Assembly (NCBI GenBank): GCA_039585535.1 | Contig: JBDGVS010000013.1 | Location: 1 to 42,892 of the forward strand | DNA length: 42,892 bases | Source of the DNA: Gemmatimonadota bacterium | GTDB lineage: Bacteria > Gemmatimonadota > Gemmatimonadetes > Longimicrobiales > Gaopeijiaceae | Direction: 5' to 3' | Part shown: in pieces, positions 17,118 through 26,360 of the stretch | How positions within the stretch are numbered: the stretch's first letter is position 1 | Layout of the letters: the number at the start of each line of letters is the position of its first letter | Program-made: the position numbers and the translations under genes | Notes under the pieces: model-generated | What the model was told of the DNA's origin: nothing | Database searches by the model: none | The model's input: the letters and a program-made list of their open reading frames with translations, nothing else

Positions 17118-17495
17118 GACACGATCTCGTCACGGGGCGAGGGTCTCCGGCGCGAGGCGCGCATTCGACTTGGTTCCGAGATCCGTGGACTGCTTGAGCG
17201 GGGGGAGCGAAAGAGGACGAAGAACCTGGACGTCTTCTTCACAGCTTCCCCCGTTTCGCATTCCCGGCTCGGACTCATCGTGCCTAAGCATGGCCATCGC
17301 ATTGTGGATCGAAATCTCGTGAAGCGACGTCTCCGTGACATCGGAAGGAAGGTGGCGCTCCCGCATTTCGACTTGGCGGGGGTACATCTGGACGTCATTC
17401 TGCGGGCTCGACGGTCGGCGTACGGTGCGGACTTCGGAACGCTCGAGGGTGAGGTGACGACTGTGGTGGAGGGTTTGTGCTCGCGAAGCTCCTGA
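17118..17495 (+). CDS. rnpA: Ribonuclease P protein component (start codon unresolved)
   Basis: RnpA-like core ([17 protein letters not shown]...[25 protein letters not shown]) directly after rpmH. No in-frame ATG/GTG/TTG lies between the rpmH stop and the conserved core; only ATC 17124, ATT 17163 and CTG 17190 are available. The 5' coordinate is nominal. Confidence 0.65.
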   Translation, partial: DTISSRGEGLRREARIRLGSEIRGLLERGERKRTKNLDVFFTASPVSHSRLGLIVPKHGHRIVDRNLVKRRLRDIGRKVALPHFDLAGVHLDVILRARRSAYGADFGTLEGEVTTVVEGLCSRSS

Positions 17496-17794
17496 TCGGC
17501 CTGGTCCGCTTCTACCAGGGTGCCATTTCTCCCTGGTTGCCGCCGACCTGCCGTTATACGCCGACTTGTTCGTCGTATGCGGTCGAGGCGGTGGAGCGAC
17601 ATGGGCCCGGGCGTGGCTCCTGGTTGGCTCTGCGGCGGATCGGTAGATGCCATCCATGGGGTGGCCGTGGCTTTGACCCGGTGCCCGGTCAGCTGAAGAT
17701 CGGGGTTGAAGGCAAGAGTGAGCAGGGACGTGGTATCGAAGGAGACGCAGGCCTCGCACGTATGAACTGCGCCACGGCGCGGATCGACGGATAG
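17477..17794 (+). CDS. yidD: Membrane protein insertion efficiency factor YidD (with about 35-aa C-terminal extension)
   Basis: [35 protein letters not shown] is the YidD hallmark. GTG start overlaps the rnpA end by 19 nt. Confidence 0.85.
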   Translation: MLAKLLIGLVRFYQGAISPWLPPTCRYTPTCSSYAVEAVERHGPGRGSWLALRRIGRCHPWGGRGFDPVPGQLKIGVEGKSEQGRGIEGDAGLARMNCATARIDG

Positions 17795-17799
17795 AATAG

Positions 17800-19548
17800 A
17801 TGAAGACGGAAGTGCGGTTCCTTCTCGCAGTATTCATGATGCTGGCGGTGCTCTTGGGCACGAACCGGCTCTTTCCGCCCGTTATTCCCGACGCGCAGCC
17901 GCAGCCAGGTGACAGTTCGGCTGTGTCGGTCGACCGGGGTGCCCCACGCGAGGGGGGTGCAGCGCCGACCCTGCCAACGGATCCAGCTCGGCCGAGCGCG
18001 AGCGTCGACGTTTCGGCTTCGATAGGCGAGCCCGTGGATGGGGAGCTGCCCGCTCCGACGGAAGTCCCTGTTATCGATGTTGCTGTCGAGGGGCCGCTAT
18101 ATCGCTTCTCCTTCACGTCCGCCGGGGCGAGGATGGTCTCCGCGGAGTTGCTGCAGTTCGAGGCGCTCAACCGCGGTGGTCTCGTACAGCTCGTCCCTGA
18201 TGGGGCGGGTGCGTATCTCGGGCAGAGGCTGGTGGTTGGATCGGACACCCTGGACCTCTCGGAAGCACGCTTCCGCGCGGAGCCGGAGGGCGGCGTGCAG
18301 CTTCAGGAGGGTGGCGGGGCGGAGACGCTGCGCTTCATCTACGACGCGCCGACAGGGGCCTTCCGTTTCGAGGTAGCCTACACGTTTCATCCAGATCGTT
18401 ACGAAGTCGGCGTGAGCGGGCGAGTCGATGGGATCGACCGGGCCCTTCTCGTAACCGACCTCGGCGTGGGTCTGGCCTACGCAGAGTCGGATTCGGCGCT
18501 CGAAGCCCGCGCGATGGCTTACGTCTACAATCATCAGACGGAGTCCATTCGCTCGACGCTGCTGCAGAAGGCGGATCCTGAGGTGGTCAATGGACCCCTC
18601 GTGTGGGCTGCGTTCCGCAGCAAGTTCTTCGTCATGGCGCTGCTCGCGGGTGATGGTGGCGAGGAAGAGGACGAGGAGATCGCGGCGGACCGGCTGCTTG
18701 GCGGACTACTCGTGAGCGAGAGCCCGATGGAGGACCGCGTCCGGATCGCGGTGGCGCAGACCGTGTCCGGCGGCCGTGACTACGGCTACCGACTCTTCAT
18801 GGGGCCGCAGGAGTACGCACGGCTGTCCTCTCTGGGTCAGGGCATGGAGGAGGTGAACCCCTACGGGTGGCGCGTCTTCCGGCCCATCGTCCGACCGATC
18901 GTGTCCGTCATCCTCACGATCTTTGTCTACCTCCATAACACGCTAGACCTGGGGTATGGCTGGGTTCTCGTGGTCTTTGGCGTGATGATGCGCGTGGTGC
19001 TCTTCCCGCTGAATCACAAAGCGATGAAGGCACAGCTCCGCAACATGTCTGTGCAGCCGCTGGTGAAGGAGATCCAGGATCGGCACAAGGACAACCCGGA
19101 GAAGCTTCAGAAGGAGATGATGAAGCTTTATAAGGAGCACGGCTTCAATCCGGTGGCGGGTTGTCTGCCGATGCTGCTGCCGTGGCCGGTCCTGATCGCT
19201 CTCTTCTTCGTGTTCCAGAACACGATCGAGTTGCGCGGGGTGCCCTTCCTCTGGCTGCCGGACCTCTCAGCCAAGGACCCGTTCTACATCCTGCCCGTGG
19301 TTCTCGCGCTCTCGATGTTCCTCATGCAGTGGGTGAGCTTGCGCTCGCTGGAGCAGGAGAACCCGCAGATGAAGATGATGATGTACATCATGCCGCCCAT
19401 GATGTTGTTCATCTTCATGAACCTGGCGAGCGGTCTGAATCTCTACTACGCAACGGCGAATATCGCGACGCTTCCGCAGCAGATATGGATTGCTCGCGAG
19501 CGAGCGAAGATGAAAGCGGGACCACCACTCAGTCTCTCGCGCGACTAA
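17800..19548 (+). CDS. yidC: Membrane protein insertase YidC (long, periplasmic-domain form)
   Basis: 582 aa: N-terminal TM helix, a large P1 domain, and a C-terminal 60-kDa insertase core (PLNHKAMKAQ...MKLYKEHGFNP...GCLPMLLPWPVLIALF). Confidence 0.93.
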   Translation: MKTEVRFLLAVFMMLAVLLGTNRLFPPVIPDAQPQPGDSSAVSVDRGAPREGGAAPTLPTDPARPSASVDVSASIGEPVDGELPAPTEVPVIDVAVEGPLYRFSFTSAGARMVSAELLQFEALNRGGLVQLVPDGAGAYLGQRLVVGSDTLDLSEARFRAEPEGGVQLQEGGGAETLRFIYDAPTGAFRFEVAYTFHPDRYEVGVSGRVDGIDRALLVTDLGVGLAYAESDSALEARAMAYVYNHQTESIRSTLLQKADPEVVNGPLVWAAFRSKFFVMALLAGDGGEEEDEEIAADRLLGGLLVSESPMEDRVRIAVAQTVSGGRDYGYRLFMGPQEYARLSSLGQGMEEVNPYGWRVFRPIVRPIVSVILTIFVYLHNTLDLGYGWVLVVFGVMMRVVLFPLNHKAMKAQLRNMSVQPLVKEIQDRHKDNPEKLQKEMMKLYKEHGFNPVAGCLPMLLPWPVLIALFFVFQNTIELRGVPFLWLPDLSAKDPFYILPVVLALSMFLMQWVSLRSLEQENPQMKMMMYIMPPMMLFIFMNLASGLNLYYATANIATLPQQIWIARERAKMKAGPPLSLSRD

Positions 19549-19594
19549 CCTGCGACGAGCTGGGGCCTCGAGGCTCCGGCGGGAGGACGGCGGC

Positions 19595-20974
19595 ATGCAG
19601 GTCGACACGATCGTATCGCTGTCGACGGCCCCAGGTCCGGGTGCGATTGCGGTGGTGCGGATGTCGGGTCCCGACGCGTCGAGGGTGCTCGCAGGGCTGA
19701 CGGCCACGGCGTTGCCTGAGGAGCGCCGGGCAACGTTGATGGAGCTCAGGGACCCCGTGGATGACTCGATCATCGATCGTGCATTGGTGACCCGGTTCGT
19801 CGCTCCAGCCAGCTTCACCGGAGAAGATCTGGTGGAGATCTCGTGCCACGGGGGGTGGTTGATTCCGCCGATGGTCATCGAGGCGTGTGTGCTCCTGGGA
19901 GCGCGAGTCGCGGAGGCGGGTGAGTTCACGCGCAGAGCCTATCTCCACGGAAAGGTGGATTTGATTCAGGCTGAGGCGATCGCCGACCTGATCGAGGGGC
20001 GGAGCCGGGCGCTCCATCGGGCCGCTATTGGGCAGCTGGAGCGAGGTCTTTCTCGAAGGGTTTCCGTACTTCGAGAGCGACTCATCCAGGTTGAGGCGCT
20101 ACTGGCTCACCACGTCGACTTTCCAGAGGAGGATGATGCGCCGGTATCTCTGACGAGGGTGAGCGAGGAGGCGCGTGTGCTCATTCAGGCTATGGAGGAG
20201 ATGCTGGCGACTGCACCCGAGGGTGAGTTGTTGCGCGAAGGGGCGCTCGTGGTGTTCGCCGGTCGGCCGAACGCGGGGAAGTCGTCACTCTACAACGCAC
20301 TGATCGGCGAGGATCGCGCGATCGTCACGGATGAGCCGGGGACGACCCGCGATGCACTGGAGGCGTCCGTACAACTCGGCGGCTTCCCGTTTCGGCTTGT
20401 GGATACCGCCGGGCTCCGGGCGTCCACCGACACGATAGAGAGGCTGGGAATCGAGGTTGCTCGACGGTACCTCTCCAGTGCGGATGTGGTTCTCTACTGC
20501 GTCGCCAGTGATGAGGGAATCTCCGATTCTGATCTCGGCTTCCTGACGGAGCCGCGCTCTGCGTCGGTGGTTCTGGTGGAGACGAAGGCTGACCTGACCG
20601 GGCCTGAATCCAGGCAGGGGGTGTCAGAAGATGCGAGAGGGCCAGAAGGAGTGGCGAATACGGTGCGCGTGTCGGTTGAGTCAGGAGTGGGGCTCGAACA
20701 GGTGCGTGAAATCTTGCCGCGGCTGGTGTACTCCGCCGTGATCGGAGCGGGCACGGATGTGCCAGTTCTTACCCGGAGGAGGCAGGCGGTAGCTCTGGGG
20801 TCGGCACGAGACGAGGTGGTGGCATTCGAGCTGGGCCTGCGCGAAGGGCTCCCGGCCGAGGTGGCCGCCACCCATCTTCGGTCGGCAGAGAGTGCACTCG
20901 AGGAGTTGGTCGGACTCGTGTCGGTAGACGATGTCCTGGACGTCGTGTTTCGAGACTTCTGCATTGGGAAGTGA
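19595..20974 (+). CDS. mnmE: tRNA uridine-5-carboxymethylaminomethyl modification GTPase
   Basis: TIVSLSTAPGPGAIAVVRMSG, G1 GRPNAGKSS, G3 DTAGLR, and the C-terminal FCIGK motif. Confidence 0.93.
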   Translation: MQVDTIVSLSTAPGPGAIAVVRMSGPDASRVLAGLTATALPEERRATLMELRDPVDDSIIDRALVTRFVAPASFTGEDLVEISCHGGWLIPPMVIEACVLLGARVAEAGEFTRRAYLHGKVDLIQAEAIADLIEGRSRALHRAAIGQLERGLSRRVSVLRERLIQVEALLAHHVDFPEEDDAPVSLTRVSEEARVLIQAMEEMLATAPEGELLREGALVVFAGRPNAGKSSLYNALIGEDRAIVTDEPGTTRDALEASVQLGGFPFRLVDTAGLRASTDTIERLGIEVARRYLSSADVVLYCVASDEGISDSDLGFLTEPRSASVVLVETKADLTGPESRQGVSEDARGPEGVANTVRVSVESGVGLEQVREILPRLVYSAVIGAGTDVPVLTRRRQAVALGSARDEVVAFELGLREGLPAEVAATHLRSAESALEELVGLVSVDDVLDVVFRDFCIGK

Positions 20975-21000
20975 GCGCACTGTGAGCAGGAGCGTGTAAG

Positions 21001-21276
21001 GTGAGGGTGTCTGAGATATTCCTGGTCCACGGGGATGTGCAGGGTGTGGGGTACCGCTGGTGGACGCGACGTGAGGCCGCTCGGCTCGGTCTCTCGGGTA
21101 CGGTTCGAAATCTTACGGACGGAACGGTCGAGGTGATGTGTAGCGGAACGCCCGATATGCTGGAGCGCCTGGAAGAGGCCCTTTGTCGTGGACCCTCGCT
21201 GTCGAGGGTGGAACGAGTTGTACGCTCCCCCGGATCGCCAGGCTTTGAGGTCGTCGGCTTTGAGATCGTGGACTGA
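21001..21276 (+). CDS. acyP: Acylphosphatase
   Basis: [37 protein letters not shown] matches the acylphosphatase signature. GTG start. Confidence 0.8.
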   Translation: MRVSEIFLVHGDVQGVGYRWWTRREAARLGLSGTVRNLTDGTVEVMCSGTPDMLERLEEALCRGPSLSRVERVVRSPGSPGFEVVGFEIVD

Positions 21277-23165
21277 TGCGCGCCGAATACGATGTAATTG
21301 TTGTCGGCGGTGGACATGCTGGAACTGAGGCTGCTGCTGCTGCGGCCCGGGCGGGCGTCCGGACTCTGCTGCTCACCCCGGACCTGACTCGAATCGGGCA
21401 AATGAGCTGCAATCCCGCGATAGGTGGGGTCGCGAAGGGAGTTGTGGCACGCGAGGTCGATGCGCTGGGTGGTGTGATGGGTCGCGCGACCGACGCATCA
21501 CGCATCCAGTTCCGAATGCTCAATCGGTCCAAGGGTCCTGCGGTGTGGGGTCCGCGGGCGCAGTGTGACCGGGCGATGTACCCGATTGCCGTTCGGCGTG
21601 TGCTGGACGAGCTGCCGATGCTGGAGCTTTTCCAGGATATGGTTGAGGACATTCTCCTCGACGGGCGCACGGTGGCCGGTGTTCGAACGAGGGGAGGTCT
21701 CGAATTCCTCAGTTCGAGCGTCGTGGTTACGACCGGGACCTTTCTCCGCGGGAGGATCCATGTCGGGGGGGAGGCCGGCGTCGCCGCTGGACGGGCCGGA
21801 GAGGCGCCCTCGGTAGCACTGGCCGAGGCGCTGGAGGGGATCGGGGTGGAGGTGGCCCGCTTCAAGACCGGTACGCCGCCGAGGGTAGACGGTCGGACGG
21901 TGGATTATTCCCGAACCGAACGACAGGACGGTGACCCCGACCCCTATCGCTTCGCGACTTATGCGCACGAAGTCATTCCGAACCAACTCCCTTGCTGGGT
22001 CACCTATGCCGGTGATGCGCTGAAGGAAGTCGTACGAGAGAATCTGCAGAAGAGCGCGTTGTACGGCGGGGAGATTGCCGGCCGGGGACCACGATACTGT
22101 CCATCGATCGAGGACAAGATCGTTCGGTTTCCCGACGCGCCGAGGCATCAGGTTTTCCTGGAGCCTGAGGGCCTTCAGACCACCGAGTTGTATGTGAACG
22201 GGTTGTCGACGTCGCTTCCCGCCGAGACTCAGCTCGAGTTTCTCCGGACCATTCCGGGTCTGGAAGATGTGGTGATGACGAAGGTCGGTTATGCGATCGA
22301 GTACGACTACTTCCCGCCGCACCAGCTGCGGCACACGCTCGAGCTTCGGGAAGTCTCAGGACTCTTCTTCGCGGGTCAGATCAACGGGACGACCGGATAC
22401 GAAGAAGCGGCCGGGCAGGGCATCGTGGCCGGGATGAATGCCGCACTTCGGGTTCGGGGGGAGGGGCCCCTCGTGCTGGAGCGTGACCAGGCGTACATCG
22501 GAGTGCTGATCGATGACCTGGTGACTCGGGGGGTGGACGAGCCGTATCGGCTCTTTACCTCCAGAGCGGAATTCCGCCTACTTCTCCGCCAGGACAACGC
22601 CCATCGCAGATTGGGTCCGATTGCCCGGGAACGCGGGATGCTCACAGCCGAACAGGATAGGGCTTTGGAGCACAGAATGGCCGAAGAGGATCGCACCCTT
22701 GTGTGGTTTGAGCGGACCTTGCTATCGCCAGCAGAGGCGGGCCCCCTCCTGGATGATGCAGGATCTTCCTCGATCAGCCAGCCGACGCGCGCCGTAGACC
22801 TTCTTCGTCGGCCGAAGGTTTCGGCGAGTGCGGTCCTCGGGGCTGCGAGGGAAGGGGCTGCGCTCGGGGCCTCCCTGGATGCAGTTGCTACGGTGGAGGT
22901 GGAGCTCAAGTACGCCGGATATGTCGCTCGCGAGCGTGAACGTGCGGGGCGGCTTCGGGAGCAGGCGGAGTTCGTGCTGCCTGATGACCTGCCCTACGAC
23001 GCCTTTGTGACCGTTTCGTACGAGGCTCGGGAGAAGCTCGGGAGAATCCGCCCTGAAACCCTCGCTCAGGCGGGGCGTGTGCCGGGAGTGTCTCCGGCGG
23101 ACCTGCAGAACCTGGTGCTCGAGGTTCGGCGACTCCGTAGCCCGGGAAAAGCGACGGTGGAGTAG
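21276..23165 (+). CDS. mnmG: tRNA uridine 5-carboxymethylaminomethyl modification enzyme (GidA)
   Basis: [19 protein letters not shown]-binding site, [18 protein letters not shown]; 629 aa. Confidence 0.95.
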   Translation: MRAEYDVIVVGGGHAGTEAAAAAARAGVRTLLLTPDLTRIGQMSCNPAIGGVAKGVVAREVDALGGVMGRATDASRIQFRMLNRSKGPAVWGPRAQCDRAMYPIAVRRVLDELPMLELFQDMVEDILLDGRTVAGVRTRGGLEFLSSSVVVTTGTFLRGRIHVGGEAGVAAGRAGEAPSVALAEALEGIGVEVARFKTGTPPRVDGRTVDYSRTERQDGDPDPYRFATYAHEVIPNQLPCWVTYAGDALKEVVRENLQKSALYGGEIAGRGPRYCPSIEDKIVRFPDAPRHQVFLEPEGLQTTELYVNGLSTSLPAETQLEFLRTIPGLEDVVMTKVGYAIEYDYFPPHQLRHTLELREVSGLFFAGQINGTTGYEEAAGQGIVAGMNAALRVRGEGPLVLERDQAYIGVLIDDLVTRGVDEPYRLFTSRAEFRLLLRQDNAHRRLGPIARERGMLTAEQDRALEHRMAEEDRTLVWFERTLLSPAEAGPLLDDAGSSSISQPTRAVDLLRRPKVSASAVLGAAREGAALGASLDAVATVEVELKYAGYVARERERAGRLREQAEFVLPDDLPYDAFVTVSYEAREKLGRIRPETLAQAGRVPGVSPADLQNLVLEVRRLRSPGKATVE

Positions 23166-23174
23166 GGGCCAGGG

Positions 23175-23190
23175 TGTTTCACGTGAAACA
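23175..23190. promoter_or_regulatory. parS centromere site, perfect 16-bp palindrome TGTTTCACGTGAAACA
   Basis: Exact match to the consensus ParB-binding parS sequence, 10 nt after the mnmG stop. Confidence 0.85.
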
Positions 23191-23218
23191 AAGCCGTCTG
23201 GGGCGCGGGGGCGGCTGC

Positions 23219-23234
23219 CGTTTCACGTGAAACA
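23219..23234. promoter_or_regulatory. Second parS site, CGTTTCACGTGAAACA (15/16)
   Basis: Its centre is 44 bp from the first site. It overlaps the last three sense codons (C-F-T) and the stop codon of the minus-strand lipoprotein gene. Confidence 0.8.
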
Positions 23235-23726
23235 ACTGGAAGACTCCCTCGAGCGCCTCTGCACCTCGAAGTAGAGCTGCCCTGGCTCGGTAAGGCCATC
23301 GAAGTTGAAGTCAAAGGTGGTCGGCGCCGGTCCAATCGCGAGATAATCATCGCGTTCGAACAAAAACGGCGCTGCCGCACCGGCTCCCCCGTTGGGCGTC
23401 AGTGTAACGAAGCCGTCTGACGCCGTAAGAGTGCCGATCTCCGGACGCGCCAACCCGCCGATGGTCAGGGTAGCCGTATACGTCCCGCTTCTCTGGACGT
23501 TGATGAAAAACTCTCCCGATACGTCATCGAAGAGGTCGAAGACAATGGAAGTGTCCGCGTCGCTCGTGACGGTAAAGACCTCCGCGTCCCAAGTGCCGAC
23601 GAAGGGTGCCACCGAGTCGTCTACAGGTGGCGTTATCGGGTCGTCGTCGTCGCCGCAGCCACCCGCCACCACGAGCGTCACCACCAACCCCACCCATCTG
23701 TTCCGCCGTCGCCGCATGCCGCCCAC
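23223..23726 (-). CDS. Putative lipoprotein, hypothetical
   Basis: Signal peptide with a lipobox (LVVTLVVAGGC), followed by an acidic, beta-rich sequence. Confidence 0.65.
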   Translation of the reverse strand: MGGMRRRRNRWVGLVVTLVVAGGCGDDDDPITPPVDDSVAPFVGTWDAEVFTVTSDADTSIVFDLFDDVSGEFFINVQRSGTYTATLTIGGLARPEIGTLTASDGFVTLTPNGGAGAAAPFLFERDDYLAIGPAPTTFDFNFDGLTEPGQLYFEVQRRSRESSSCFT

Positions 23727-23900
23727 TCTCCCTGGCCGTTGGTCAGCCCGTGAGGGCTAGAACCGCCTATTTCCGGGCCTTCGGCCCGGGTCTTGCGCTA
23801 AGGTCAGCGCGGGCTGCGGACGGGTCAAGACTTTCATGTTCCGGTCAGGCGCCGAGTTCAATATATTGCCCGCCCGATTCGATCTCATTGAAGGACCTGA

Positions 23901-24704
23901 ATGTCCCACGTCATCGCGATTGCGAACCAGAAGGGCGGGGTCGGTAAAACGACGACCGCGATCAATCTCGGCGCCTCACTTGCTGTCGCGGAGAAGAAGA
24001 CGCTTGTCCTCGACATCGATCCCCAGGGGAACGCCACCAGCGGGCTCGGGGTGGAGGGTCGATCGTCACGCCCGACCATATATAATGTTCTGATTGGCCA
24101 GAATGAGTTGGCTGATGCGATCGTGGAAAAGGTCCACTTTCCTCACCTGGACATCGTGCCCTCTACCCGAGATCTGGTCGGGGCAGAGATCGAGCTGGTA
24201 TCAGCTTTCAGTCGTGAGACCATTCTCCGGCAGGCGCTGGCGTCCGTGCGGGACGATTACGACTACATCCTCGTCGACTGCCCCCCGTCCTTGGGGTTGC
24301 TCACGGTGAACACCCTCACCGCTGCCGATTCAGTCCTCATCCCTATCCAGTGTGAGTTTTACGCTCTGGAGGGCCTGAGCCAGCTGTTGAACACGGTTCG
24401 ACTTGTGCAGCGGGGGCTCAATCCAGGCCTCGATGTAGAGGGCGTATTGCTCACCATGTACGACAAGCGGCTCAATCTCTCACGGCAGGTGAGTGAGGAG
24501 GCGCGAGAGTACTTCGGACCGAAGGTGTATCGGTCGACGATTCCGCGGAACGTCCGTCTTGCGGAGGCGCCCAGCTTCGGACAGCCGATCGTCCTGTATG
24601 ATGTCCTGTCGTCCGGCGCTCAGGCATACCTGGGTCTGGCGCACGAAGTGATCGATCGGCGTACCCGGGCCGACGTGCCTCAGCCGGTTGGAGCAGAGAC
24701 ATGA
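23901..24704 (+). CDS. parA: Chromosome partitioning ATPase ParA/Soj
   Basis: Deviant Walker A IANQKGGVGKTTTAINL, DCPPSLG, and ALEGLSQLL. AGGA lies 8 nt upstream of the ATG. Confidence 0.93.
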   Translation: MSHVIAIANQKGGVGKTTTAINLGASLAVAEKKTLVLDIDPQGNATSGLGVEGRSSRPTIYNVLIGQNELADAIVEKVHFPHLDIVPSTRDLVGAEIELVSAFSRETILRQALASVRDDYDYILVDCPPSLGLLTVNTLTAADSVLIPIQCEFYALEGLSQLLNTVRLVQRGLNPGLDVEGVLLTMYDKRLNLSRQVSEEAREYFGPKVYRSTIPRNVRLAEAPSFGQPIVLYDVLSSGAQAYLGLAHEVIDRRTRADVPQPVGAET

Positions 24705-25509
24705 GTCGAGATCGCCTGGGGAAGGGATTGGGTGCCCTCTTGGGCGAATACCTCGAGCCCGAGGTCGAGCCGTCCGACGTCCGGACGCTTCCGCTGACGT
24801 CTATCGTTCCCAACCCGACTGACCTGACGTCGTCGATTCGAGAAAACGGCCTCTTGCAGCCGCTAGTCGTGCGCCCCGCCCCCGGATCAGCGGATCGGTA
24901 TGAGCTCGTAGCGGGAGAGCGGCGCTTCCGAGCACTTACGAAGCTGGAATGGGCCGAAGCGCCCGTCGTGGTTCGAGACGCAGACGACGAGACCCTGCTG
25001 GTGCTCGCGCTCGTCGAGAATCTCCAGCGAGAAGCGCTGAACCCTATAGAGGAGGCCGAGGGCTATCAGGCTCTCAGCGAACGATTCGGAATGAAGACCG
25101 GTCGACCGTTGCTAACCTGTTGCGGCTCTTGCAGTTACCGGTCTCTATTCGAAAGATGGTCGAAGAAGGGCAGCTTACACAGGGACATGCACGGGCATTG
25201 CTGTCCCTCGAAGACCATGTGAAGGCGGCCGAAATCGCGCGCAGGGCGGCCAAGGAGGGCTGGTCTGTCCGGGAGGTTGAGCGGAAGGCGGCGGCGGAGC
25301 GCCCCAAGCGCCCGCGACCGGCCCCGCCCAAGGCCCCCGTCGTTCTGGCGCTCGAGCAAGCGCTTCAAGAGCACCTTCAGACTCGGGTTGAGGTGAAGCA
25401 GGGTCGGGGTGGGAAGGGATCTCTCGAAATTCGCTATCACGACGCCGAAGATTTCGAACGCGTATTCGAAGTGATCACTGGCCGCCCCGTGTCTGAGGTC
25501 ATCGAGTGA
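24701..25509 (+). pseudogene. parB: Chromosome partitioning protein ParB/Spo0J, reading frame disrupted (frameshift near 25093-25096 plus an in-frame gap near 24817-24822), or a sequence error
   Basis: The N-terminal half is in frame 2 (24701..: GKGLGALL, GERRFRA, LVENLQRE, EEAEGYQ). The C-terminal half is in frame 1 (DRSTVANLLRLLQLPVSIRKMVEEGQLTQGHARALL ... stop at 25509). The ORF track gives two overlapping ORFs, 24701..25222 and 24949..25509. Confidence 0.8.
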
Positions 25510-26288
25510 GCGAGGCGCCCGATGTCCGGCGCCTCACCATCATGCTCGTACCGGACGGTGGGCGGGAGACGCGCACCGTGTCCGTTTCGTACCGACTACT
25601 GCGCGGGCTCGCGGCCGTATCGGCGCTGGTTGCGGTCGCGCTCACCGTGATGGCGGGCTCCTGGTGGTACCTCGCGGCCCGTGCATCACGAGCCGGCGAA
25701 TTACAGCGCGAAGTCGAAATCATGACCCGAGATCGCGCCCGCGTTCAGGCGCTGGTTCAGCGACTCGAGACCATCGAGACGCAGTATGGCGCTCTCCGAA
25801 CCTTGTTCGGAAGCGCGCAGACGGAGCAGCCATCAGGTGTTTGGCTTCCGCCCGTCTCCTCACCCCGCACGGAAGCGGGGGAGCGGCCAGAGTTCGGCGC
25901 GACGCTACCCACCCTCTGGCCGCTGACCGAAAGGGGCTTCGTTACGCAGGAGCTCCACGGAGCCGGGGGTGCGAGTGACCACCCGGGTCTCGATGTGGCA
26001 GTGCCCTCCGGCACGTACATCCGGGCGTCGGGTGGGGGCAGCGTTGTCGACGTCGGGGAAGACGCGGTCTACGGGCGCTTCATCGTCATCGATCATGGTG
26101 ACGGATATGCGACACTATATGGCCACGCGTCTGAGACGTTCGTGAGCCTGGGGCAGCCCGTGCGAGAGAGACAGGTTATCGCGTTGAGTGGGTCGACCGG
26201 GCGGTCGACCGGGCCTCACCTGCACTTTGAGATCCTGGTCGAGGGGTCACCTGTGGACCCCTTGTCTCTCGTCCAGCAGCCTGGCTGA
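25506..26288 (+). CDS. Membrane-anchored M23/LytM family peptidase (LmdC-like architecture)
   Basis: Short cytoplasmic N-terminus, one TM helix (GLAAVSALVAVALTVMAGSWWYL), a coiled-coil-like segment, then an M23 domain with HPGLD and GSTGRSTGPHLHFE metal-ligand motifs. The GTG start overlaps the parB stop (GTGA). Confidence 0.85.
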   Translation: MSEAPDVRRLTIMLVPDGGRETRTVSVSYRLLRGLAAVSALVAVALTVMAGSWWYLAARASRAGELQREVEIMTRDRARVQALVQRLETIETQYGALRTLFGSAQTEQPSGVWLPPVSSPRTEAGERPEFGATLPTLWPLTERGFVTQELHGAGGASDHPGLDVAVPSGTYIRASGGGSVVDVGEDAVYGRFIVIDHGDGYATLYGHASETFVSLGQPVRERQVIALSGSTGRSTGPHLHFEILVEGSPVDPLSLVQQPG

Positions 26289-26360
26289 GGGGCACAGGAC
26301 TTGCGTTCAGGGGCGCGTAGCGCGGTGGCGCGCTAGATTCGAGATCATTCCGGCGAAGCA

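Noticed and set aside
23773-23789. Perfect hairpin CCGGGCC-ttc-GGCCCGG in the spacer upstream of parA
   Set aside because: It is a short GC stem without a U-run and lies between divergent promoters. It could be incidental, and I could not define a convincing -35/-10 pair for parA around it.
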